Assembly (NCBI RefSeq): GCF_006345805.1
Contig: NC_043006.1
Location: 26,226,001 to 26,290,000 of the forward strand
DNA length: 64,000 bases
Direction of reading: 5' to 3'
Source of the DNA: Octopus sinensis
Lineage: Eukaryota
Positions within the stretch are counted from its first letter, which is position 1. Each line of letters opens with the position of its first letter. Below are positions 12,428-23,260 of this stretch, one piece after another. The notes beneath the pieces were generated by a model. The model was not told the DNA's origin. It saw only the letters and a program-made list of their open reading frames with translations, and did no database searches. A program made the position numbers and the translations under genes.

Positions 12428-12955
12428 ATTTAACAGGGACAGACTTCGCTGTTTTTATGTCAATACCGGAAGTTGACATTGACAAACCTTTTTAAGGAAG
12501 TGAATCTATCTAATAATATTCCAAGCTATATTTGTAGAGAATTTCATTAAAAAAATATCCATTTTCTTGAAAGTTAAGATGAATTGAAGTAGACTCTGGT
12601 GTATTGTCAGATCCCCCCCCCCTTAAAACAGCCCCCAATCTAAATAATATTCCAAGGTATATTTGTAGAGAATTTCATTTAAAAATATCCATTTTCTGGA
12701 AAGTTATGACAAGTTAAAGTAGACTCCGGTGAATTTTCAGAAAAGTCCCACCCCTTTCTAAAACGTTTACCACACAAAATTTTATATATTTGTAGAAAAT
12801 TTTATGAGAAAATATCCATTTTTCTGTAAGTTATGATCATTGAAATTTGGGGTGGGGGGAGGGGCAGAAATCTGTAGTTGCGCTGACAAATTTGACACTT
12901 TCCTTCTACACATGGTTATTTCGTGTATTCAGAAATACACGAGTGAAGAAGATAG
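12428..12955 (+). mobile_element. Non-autonomous Helentron/HINE-like element with three about 130-bp internal tandem units and a 3' stem-loop
   Basis: Repeated tatatttgtagagaatttcatt..aaaatatccatttt unit; palindrome tcgtgtat-tcagaa-atacacga near 12920-12942. Confidence 0.55.
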
Positions 12956-12959
12956 TAAA

Positions 12960-13581
12960 CAATGAAAATAACAGAAATTATGTTTCTTAATACAACGGAC
13001 AGAAAGTAAATAGATTTTAATGGAAAATAAAGTATTTTACAGGTGGAAGCGAAATTTGTCACTCAGTATGGAGGGAACCAGAAAGAAACTGTCAACAATA
13101 GAAAAACATAAAACCATACGGATTGAAGTGAAATTTATGAAGATACTTCTGTCAGTAAATTATGAAATTATTTACATCAGTAATTGTGAACTTCTTTCTG
13201 TCAGTAATTTGCCATTGTTTGTAAATAGCGATTCAAAATTTAGACTTACAATGAAAACAATAACATGAAAGTTAAACAATGGCATATGAAAATTGAAAGT
13301 AAAAAGAATAGCATCTGAAAAATGAAAGTGAAAACAAGAGATATACATAAAGAGATGTTACATTACTGACTCTAGAAAACTGGAAGTAAATATTTAAAAA
13401 TCTTTTGAAAACGTGATACAAGACTCAATATTTTTTATTTTTAATAAAAAAAATCAAATGACTATCTTGTTATATGTCCAAGGTCAAATTATTTATGCAT
13501 CACAAGTACGGAAGTAATTGGTGAAGCCGTTTTCGCATGAAAAGTGAAAACTCACACATCTCTGTTTTATATATTAGACGA
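12960..13581 (-). mobile_element. Probable non-autonomous Helitron 5' portion
   Basis: - strand starts a|TCgtctaatatataaaacagagatgtg, like the Helitron 5' end at 62715; no 3' end identified. Confidence 0.4.
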
Positions 13582-13847
13582 TGTGGCTCTTAGTTACAAA
13601 ATAACATATGATTAAGGCAAGTGATGTGGATAAATAAGCATTACATTTGACAAAGTTGTGTTAGGAACATAAAAGGTTTTTACATAAATCTGTTTGAATT
13701 TTTGTCTCAAAACTATTCTTCCTAAATGCGAGTTGTAAAATTTATTGGTTTTGTCCACTGTTCTCCTTTGTGGAGGGATTACTCTCCGCTGTTATATCAG
13801 GGCTAAGTGGAGTTTTTGGTCTTCAAGATGGATGTTTGCATTCATTT

Positions 13848-13998
13848 TGTGGTAAGTAGCTTGCTTACCAACCACATGGTTCCAGGTTCAGTCCCACTGC
13901 ATGGCATCTTGGGCAAGTGTCTTCTGCTATAGCCCAGGGCTGACCAATGCCTTGTGAGTGGATTTGGTAGACAGAAACTGAAAGAAGCCTGTCGTATA

Positions 13999-14042
<44 letters not shown>

Positions 14043-14240
14043 GTGTGTTTGTCCCCCTAGCATTGCTTGACAACCGATGCTGGTGTGTTTATGTCTCGCG
14101 TCACTTAGCGGTTCGGCAAAAGAGACCGATAGAATAAGTACTGGGCTTACAAAGAATAAGTCCCGGGGTCGATTTGCTCGACTAAAGGCGGTGCTCCAGC
14201 ATGGCCGCAGTCAAATGACTGAAACAAGAGAAAGAGAGAG
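13848..14240 (+). mobile_element. tRNA-derived CORE-type SINE, head slightly truncated
   Basis: Highly similar to 10579-10970 along its length, with internal (TA)n and the same tail. Confidence 0.92.
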
Positions 14241-14519
14241 ATTTGGGAAAAAAATAACCAAAAAAGATTCTGGAAACATGGATATACAAGTGATTACCTA
14301 ATGAAATCATGTTATCACTAATTTAGTAACATGAACAATGCAAATATTGCTTTGTTCAATTAAATGGGGTTGCATGAAACAATCGTACTGCATTACCTCT
14401 GGATATCCTTGTTGCTTATTTTGATTGTAATCACCTTATTTTGATATTGTATGGATAATACCATACCAAATTCTGGTGCCTTTAACTTAAGTACCATATT
14501 CAACTGAATCTAAATTTTA

Positions 14520-14650
14520 CTGAACTTATATATATACACACATATATACATACATATATATACACACATATACACATACATATATACATACACACATATG
14601 TATACATATATAGATACATATATAAATATATATATATATATACATATATC
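14520..14650. repeat. Compound (TA)/(CA) microsatellite
   Basis: Directly visible. Confidence 0.95.
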
Positions 14651-14654
14651 TCAT

Positions 14655-15309
14655 TAGGGAGAGTCTGCTTAGATGAGATGCAGTTCAGTTTTGTGCCGGG
14701 TAGAAATACCACTGATGCTATATTCCTGGTTCGACAACTGCAGGAGAAATACCTAGCTAAAGATAAACCCCTATACTTAGCTTTTGTGGACTTGGAGAAA
14801 GCCTTTGACAGGGTCCCCTGATCCCTTATCTGGTGGGCGATGTGGAAGTGGAGATTGACGAATGGTTAATAAGGGCTGTACAGGCCCTTTACAGAGAGGC
14901 CATTAGTAAGGCTAGGATTGGCAATGAGTATAGTGAAGAATTTCGGGTAGAAGTAGGGGTCCGCCAAGGTTCAACCCTCAGTCTCCTTTTATTCATCATA
15001 GTCTTCCTGGCAATAACAGAGGAATTCAAGACAGGTTGCCCCTGGGAGTTCCTCTATGCTGATGACCTGGCCCTCATAGCAGAATCACTATCGGAACTAG
15101 AAAAGAAATTTCTTGTGTGTAAGGTAGGTTTAAAATCAAAAGGCCTTAGAGTCAATGTAGCAAAGACCAAAGTTCTAGTAAGCAGGAAGGCGAACTCATC
15201 AGACACCCCCTTAGGTAGGTGGCCCTGCTCAATCTGTAGAAAAGGTGTAGGTAGGAATTCCATAAGATGTACCCAGTGTAAGCTATGGACACATAAGAGG
15301 TGCAGCAAT
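14655..15309 (+). mobile_element. RTE LINE ORF2 fragment (RT core), 5' part
   Basis: TDAIFLVRQLQEK, FVDLEKAFD, GVRQGSTLS, LYADDL motifs; interrupted at 15309. Confidence 0.95.
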
Positions 15310-16689
15310 GAAACATGGGACAAGTTCGCCAAAACGGACTCAAGAGGCGGGCTGATCAACGGCTGGAGAGACGATCAATCCAAAACCACGCTGAATGACG
15401 GTTCGCTGACAAGAGCAGGGTACAGGTGTCAGTTCCCAAGACCTCTCAATTGTTGACCCTGCCATGGCAGACCAGTTCTTGTGGGAAACCATCAATGAAC
15501 TTGGTTCTAATCAGAGTCCGTAGCCATTCCAATTCAAGCCATCCGTCCAAGGGTGACTCCATGGATGACCTCTGAAATCAATGAGCTCACCAAGAAATGC
15601 AATAAACTGGGGCAAGACTGCAAGAACAACCTATGGGAGTGACAAGCCACCTGCAAACAACTAACACTCACAGTCGAGGAAGCAAAGCAGGAAGTATCTC
15701 CAAAAAATATCCAACACAAAGGATACCGGACAAGTATGGACAGTAGCTAAGGCTCTCTCCAGTAAACCAATCTCTTATACCAGGAAGTCCTTGACGTACA
15801 ATGGTGTTGTCTATGCCAGTGACCGAGGGAAGACTTCGGCTTTTGTGTAACAGCATGCTGCCATCAGTGGAAGGAAGAGTCCTAAACCAACCAGAAAGAT
15901 TGCTCGAGAGCTTAAGCAAGAAATGAAAAGTTTACAGGTAAGCTGTAAACACTGATGGCACGACTATTGAAGGCACAACCAACGGTGGTGCTGATACACG
16001 ATGCGGTGGTCCACGAGTGGCACACTCCGACTGGTGCTCACAGCAGCTCATTCCACTCCTAGAGAGCAGCATTTAACAAAGCCCTCCGGTGGCTACAGGC
16101 CAATGACAACTGGGCTTCCACAGCTATAGTCTGTGATTGCAGCCCATTCCCCTCAGACCCGACAATTAGAGAATTGCAACAAACAGCAGCTGGCAAGATT
16201 TTGCTGGTGATCTGGGTGCCAGGCCATTGCAACCTCTGCAGCAGTGAATTCGCAGATATGCAGGTGAAATGTGGCTCAACTGGATGCCACCATCGTCAGG
16301 CAGTTATTTGTCGAACATTCCAGCCAACGCCAATTCAACACCCCCGTCTGAAGGAAGTCTTCACGAAGAAGCCGGATGAAAGAACCGAAGGAGCACTCTT
16401 GAAGGCAGACTTCACGGACATGATACGCTTCCGTAGTGGTCATCATCTGGCACTCAGGTGGTGGCAAAAGATGGCAGGACACAGCAACACAGATCAATGC
16501 AGACTCTGTAACGAGGAGGTGGAATCTGCAGAACATCTCTGGCTGAGATGTCTGACCCTGATGGTGGAACACTATATCCGCCAACTAGGGGCTAGAATGG
16601 ACGAGATGATTCGTCTTCCTTCCGCAGCTCTAGCGCTTCTGAGAGTTATTCTCAGGTGCTTGAGGTAACCAACCAACAACAACAACAGT
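15310..16689 (+). mobile_element. I-group non-LTR element: linker, RNase H, C-terminal CCHC knuckle, (AAC)n tail; RT absent; nested in RTE
   Basis: TDGT...GG, WVPGHC...EFAD, CRLCNEEVESAEHLWLRC motifs; stop at 16668 followed by (aac)n; agcaa at both flanks. Confidence 0.85.
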
Positions 16690-17149
16690 AGCAACATCAA
16701 AGGAAAATTAACCGAGAAGATAGCTTTTGTGTGCAGTAGATGCACAGGGGCAATAGACACCACAGATACTCAGAAAACAAATTCCATCACACTCTAAGGG
16801 AGAAACTAGAAGCAGTTGATAGCTTCAGTTACCTAGGTGACCAAGTTAGTAGTGGGGATGGATGCTCAGAGAGTGTTACCACTAGAATAAGAATAGCCTG
16901 TTCAGAGAGCTTCTACCCCTACTGGTGACAAAGGGTCTCTTGCTCAGAGTGATAGGTAGATTGTAGAATGCATGTGTGCGAACTGCCATGCTTCACGGCA
17001 GTGAAACATGGGCTGTGACTGCAGAGGACATGCGTAGAAAGAAATGAAGTTAGCATGATCCGCTGGATGTGTAATGTCAGTGTGCATGCATGACAGAGTG
17101 TAAGTGCCCTGAGAGAAATGTTGGACATAAGCATCGGATGTGGCGTGCA
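16690..17149 (+). mobile_element. RTE LINE ORF2, continuation after the nested insertion
   Basis: Resumes SNIKGKLTEKIAFVCSRC...VDSFSYLGD...MLHGSETWA; cut at 17149. Confidence 0.93.
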
Positions 17150-20100
17150 GGTCTACTATAATATATTAATTAAAAACCGTAATATATTTCGCTACAAGCT
17201 GAATATAATACATTAAAGTCAGTTACGCATGTGAGAGTTTTCATTGAAAAAGCACGTGGTTGCAGGTTGTACTTTTATTTCCAGCTGAATGTAAGAAGCA
17301 AAAAGAATTGTTTTATTTTTTGAAAGAAAACTTCTTAGTACAAGAACAGGGATTTGGAATTTTACCTCTTGCGAATAAGTATCCTTTCCATTTGTTTATT
17401 TTCCTTTAACTGAAGGTAACATCTCAGTTACAACTTCATCTTTGTTTACTTTCTGAGAATCCTCACTATAATTTTCTTTCAACTTCTATTACAGCGTCCA
17501 CTTTGCTCTCAATCTATTTGAAAACTAGAAATCACGAAACCTCTTTCTTTACACTATCATCCCTTTTTTTTTCACTTTTTCACTTTATCACTTTAAAATT
17601 ATTTAGAATTATATATTGTTTTTCGTTTCCCTACACATTTCGGTACCTACTCCCACTGTCTTCATATCTACCTCTTCCTCTCTCCTTCCTTTCCTGCTCC
17701 TCTCTCCCTCCCTTTATCTCTCTTTACCTCTCTCTTGCATATTTTACTCTTTTTCTCATCTCTCTTCCTCCCTTTCATATCCTCCTCTTTTCTCACTTCT
17801 CTTTCTTTTCCTTTGTATCTCACAACTACCTCTTCTCCTGTCACCTCACCCTCTCCCTCACATACTTCTCATTTGCCCATTCTTCTCACTCCGTTTCTCC
17901 CTTGCTCTCACATCCTTCATCCTTTCCTGTCTCTCTTTCTCTCCCCTTCCTCTGTCTCTCTAACGTGCCACACCCCCTTGCTTTCCTCATATCACCCTCT
18001 CAATTTCCTTCATAGCACCTCTCCCTCTCTCTTCTCGATTTCCTCCCTCTGTGTTTCTTTTTCTCTTCCTCCCTCTATCTCTCTCTACATTTCTAGCCTC
18101 TACTCCCCTCTGGGCTTAAAAAACGAAGATGGCACCAAAGTGGGAGAAGAAAGAATTAAATCTTCTGCTACGAACATGGATGATTGCTAGCGGCAATCCG
18201 CCAAACATCATCATCACTGCTACACTAAAGAACAATGGCTTTCAAAGAACCATTGACCAGATAGAGCAGAAGAAGAGTGAATTTATCTGGTCTTATATGC
18301 TTATAAGACCACACATCAACACCTTGGATAACATAATCGAAAACTATTGTGGCAAGGCTAATAAGGATGGAGAAGACAAAAAAGAAAAGGAAACAAAACC
18401 TGGAAGTCTTTGTAATCCAAAGGTTCCTCAAGAGAATGGATCACCTACCCCGGTGAACGACCAGGCAGAGAAAGATAGGGGAGCCAAGGGAGCAGTAACT
18501 GGAAGCCTCCGTACCAGTGGTCCTACAAAGGAATGGAGCCCTCACCCCATTAGAAAACCAGAAGAAAAAAGTTCCCACCACAAGAAAAGGAAGGACGGAA
18601 AACAAAAATAAAGAAGGTAAGGAAGAAAAAGGAAAAGGCAAAACAACCAAAACCCCAACAGACCAAACAAACAATCGAAAACCCCATAAAGATCCAATGC
18701 CATCCAAAATCCTACAGGAAAGAAGAAATCTGGAAAGCACCCAAGAACCTGCAAGGCAAATGTTGGCATGAGAGGACGGCAAAAAATGCCGGTTTGCCCA
18801 CCCGACACCCCGCCAGAACTACAGGGGCCTTAAAGAGAAAAACTTCACTGAGGAAAAACAACAAATGTCTCAGGAAAACATTCAGAAAAGAAGTGTGTTC
18901 CTCAGATGCTCTGCGCAACGCAGCAGCTGAGCAAGAGTTCTTTTGTGCATGGCGCAAAGGATTGTACAGCAGCTGACCTGGCTATGCCAAACACAAACAA
19001 GGAACCTTGTCCATCACAGTCAACAGACATGGGACGACCTCCCCTAATGCCCGCACAGTCGTCACCCCAATACTTTTACTAAATATTGGGGGCCTGTTGC
19101 ATCATAATAAAAACAAAATTTCTTTCCTGAGAGATCTTACTGCATGCAATCAAGCCCTATGCATGGCACTCGTGGAAACTCACCTCAGCCCTGGTATAGA
19201 GGATGCAAAAGTACATATACCAAACTATGCCATACTGTAAACAGACTGAAGGGAAAGGAGACATGGTGGAGTTGCTGTATACATCTGTGATGAACTCACA
19301 CCCCAGGTCTTACTGTCATACTCAAATTCGGTATGTGACACTTTATTTGTATACATAAGACAACATAATATAGTCATATGCAATACATATCGCCCACAGG
19401 ATGCTCCAAACCACATAGGCAAGTTTGAAGATTGCCTCACAAGAATTAAGGAAATCCTCATGAAACTGGAACACCACGTGACCATATTTTTTATGGGTGA
19501 TTTCAACTTCCCCAACGTCAAATGGTCCGAAGGTCTTGTACTCTCAGGAATGACTCATTGCAAGCAAGCACAGTTGGAGTCCCTGCTCAACCTCACCAAG
19601 GCCCTATTCATGGAGCAAGCTGTACTCAGACGAACTAGGGAGAATAACATTCTGGATCTCTGCTACACGAACAATATGGACATCATTCATGATATGAAAG
19701 TGACATTAGTCTCGGATCACAACATAATAGAGCTGTCTATGTTTGGGCCGAAAGTAACCAGAGACATACAGCCTAATAGAAGCACCTGAAATCTCTCCAA
19801 TCTGAACTTTCACAAAGCAGATTGGAAATTGATCAGCTGAAATGTCTCTCCATACCAGACATTGACATGAAACTAGAATGTTTTATGTCTGTTGTGCAAG
19901 CCATATGCCAGAAATATGTCCCATGGCACAAGGCCAAAACAAATAGGAACAAGATTCCAAGGGAGAGGAAGATCGGAAGATCCTTATGAGACAATGGATG
20001 AAGGTTGCAAATTGACTCAACCAACATCCCCAAAGTAGCGAAACATCCCGCCTAAAAACGACACTGATGGAGATTGAAAAAAGGCTGCAACAATCCTATG

Positions 20101-22030
20101 TGAGGGAGAAAGCAGACAAAGAAGCCTGGGTTATAAAATACATTAACTCAAACCCAAAGGCCTTTCATTATGCAAAAGAAACAGCCTCAGTACACTGCAA
20201 GATAGGACCCTTCCTCCAAAAGGATGGCTCCCTCACATACAGTACAACTAAGATCAGTGAGATACTGAATGACCAGTTCAAAAGTGTCTTTACCACCCCT
20301 TTGGAATACAGACAAGTGAACGAACCAGTGGACTTCTTTACCGCCTCACCTGTAACCAGCGAGGCAGTTACAATGGAATACATTGACATTAGCAAAGAAG
20401 ATATACTACTAGCCATAGATGAAATGGGACACAAATTCAACTGCTGGTCCTGATGGTTTCCCATCAATCCTCCTCAAATCGTGTAAGCATGCCCTGGCAA
20501 AACCCCTCCAGATTCTCTACAAGTGCTTTCTTACAAATGGGAAACTGCCAAGCAAGCTGAAGGAGGGAATAATATGCCCAATACATAAAGGGGGAAGTAG
20601 AGCAGATGCCAAAAACTATAGGCCTATCTCTCTGACTTCACACATCAGCAAAGTCATGGAACAGATAGTCAGAGGGAAACTAATCACATTCCTTGAAGAA
20701 AATAACTTGCTGAGTGATACTCAGCATGGTTTTTGAACAGGTAGGAGCTGCCTGACCCAGCTCTTACAACATTATGACTGGGTGTTGAGACAGTTACTCA
20801 ACAAATCAAATGTGAGCCTAATATGCCTTGATTCTGCAAAAGCTTTTGACAAGATGGATCATACGCCACAAACTGTGTGATCTTGGCATAGCTGGAAAAC
20901 TTGGAGAGTGGTTACATGACTTACTGAAAGATAGGAGTCAGGCAGTAGTGGCTAATGGAGCCACCTCTATGAACACACAAATAGTGAGCGGTGTTCCACA
21001 GGGCACTGTCTTGGGACCACTGCTTTTTATAGTGGCCCTCTCAGATATGCCCTCAAATGCTCAGATAGCCACCCTCACAAGCTATGCAGATGATACGAAA
21101 GTCTCACAGAAAATACAGAACTTGAGCGATGTTGCACACCTGCAGCAGGAGTTGGACTCAATTTACAGATGGGCTGAGGACAGTAATATGCAGTTTAATG
21201 AAAAATTCCAAGCCCTGCGCTACCAGCATCCAAAACTGAATATGAAACTTACAGGTACCCCAGTCCACAAGAAATTTCAATCCCAGAGCGTAAGTCAGTG
21301 AGGGACCTGGGTATCGACATGAGTGATGATACCTCTTTCCAAGTGCACATTACCAGGATGGTGACAAAGTGCAGACGACAGGCTGGATGGATCCTAAGAA
21401 CATTCAGAACCAGAGATAAGGAAACCATGATGGTCCTCTGGCATACATTCGTCCTCAGCCACCTGGATTACTGCTTACAGCTATGGTCACCCACCAGTGT
21501 GAAATTAACAGTGGACCTTGAAACAATCCAGAGAAGATCGTCTCTTTGCAACAGCTCAGCTACTGGGACAGGTTGAAACAGCTAAGACACTACTCCTGGA
21601 GAGAAGACAGGAGAGGTATGCAGTAATATATATCTGGAAGATCCTGGAAGGAATTGTGCCAAATACACCAATGCTAGAACAGCACAACACTGCATAGTGC
21701 CAAGGATCCCAGCAACGCCATCACGCTTCAGGACCAGTTACTGCAACAGCCTGGGTGTCAAAGGCGCACAGCTTTTTAATATTCTCCCAACAAGTCTGAG
21801 GAACTTGCACAAAGTAGATGTAGGGGTTTTTAAATCAAAGCTGGACCTCTTCCTGCCGAGAGTCCCAGATGAACCTACCTCACGGCAAGAGGTGCAAATT
21901 AGGGTAGCAACATCAAACTCAATTATTCACCAAGTGCTACATATTAGAGGAGGCTCTTAGTAATAACAGTGTAGCATGAAACGGCGATGCATCAGCATGG
22001 CTGCAGCTCTGAGCTGAAACTAAAGAGAGA
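17150..22030 (+). mobile_element. Near full-length decayed CR1-group LINE, copy 1 (about 1-kb 5'UTR, ORF1 from 18129, ORF2 APE-RT about 19050-21960)
   Basis: APE motifs LLLNI.GL, LVETHL, MGDFNFP, SDHN; RT motifs GVPQGTVLGP, YADDTK; C-terminal YSLERR.ERY; many stops and frameshifts. Confidence 0.93.
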
Positions 22031-22349
22031 AAAAAAACATACATATATATATATATACATACATGCAGAGGGAAAAATATCGATGTGGCAGTGACCACGG
22101 TCAAACGCAAAAGGACTAGCAGTCGGCCAATGGTCGCTTGAGCAGAGAAAAAGAAGAACAAAGGAATTAAGGAGGGGGAGAAGAGAGAGAGAGGGTGTAG
22201 AAGTAGATGGAATAATCAAGGAGTGATGAGAAAAACAAGAGAAACAGGGACATAGTGAAGTGCAAAGTGAGTAAGAAAGGCAAAGAAAGTGGGGAGAAAG
22301 AGTTGAAAATGTGGTACAATATTTAGTGAAATGTGTACATATAAGAGAA

Positions 22350-23075
22350 CAAAGTATACATACATATATATACATATTCATACATATATATATACATACA
22401 TACATACATATATAACCATACACAAACATATGTGTATATATATATATATACATATCTATATAAATACATATACATACACACATATATAACCATACACAAA
22501 CATGTGTATATATATATACATATCTATATAAATATACATACACATATATATGTATATACACATATATATATATACGTATATACATATATATATATACACA
22601 CATATATATACATATATACACATATATATACATATATACACATATATATATACACATATATATACATATATATACACACACATATATATACACATATATA
22701 CATACATATATATATACACATATGTACTTACATATATATATACACACACATATATATATACACACATGTATATATACACACATGTATATATACACACATG
22801 TATATATACATACACACATATGTATATATATATACACACATATATACATATATATACACATATATACATACATATATATACATACACACACACACATATA
22901 TATTCACAAATATATACACATATATATATATACATATATATATACATACATACATATATACATACATACATATATAATATATACATACATACATATATAC
23001 ATACATACATATATATATACATACATATATACATACATACATATATATATATATACATATATATATATACATACA

Positions 23076-23111
<36 letters not shown>

Positions 23112-23181
23112 CATACATATATACATACATACATATATACATACATATACATACATATATACATACATATATATACGTATA

Positions 23182-23241
<60 letters not shown>

Positions 23242-23260
23242 CATATATATATATACATAC
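22350..23260. repeat. About 900-bp compound (TA)/(CA)/(TACA) microsatellite
   Basis: Directly visible; an about 75-bp unit is duplicated near 22411-22550. Confidence 0.98.

Noticed and set aside
17503-18190. Hydrophobic ORFs suggesting a membrane protein (also 9838-10383, 40401-40901)
   Set aside because: Produced by CT-rich low-complexity tracts; no recognisable domain.
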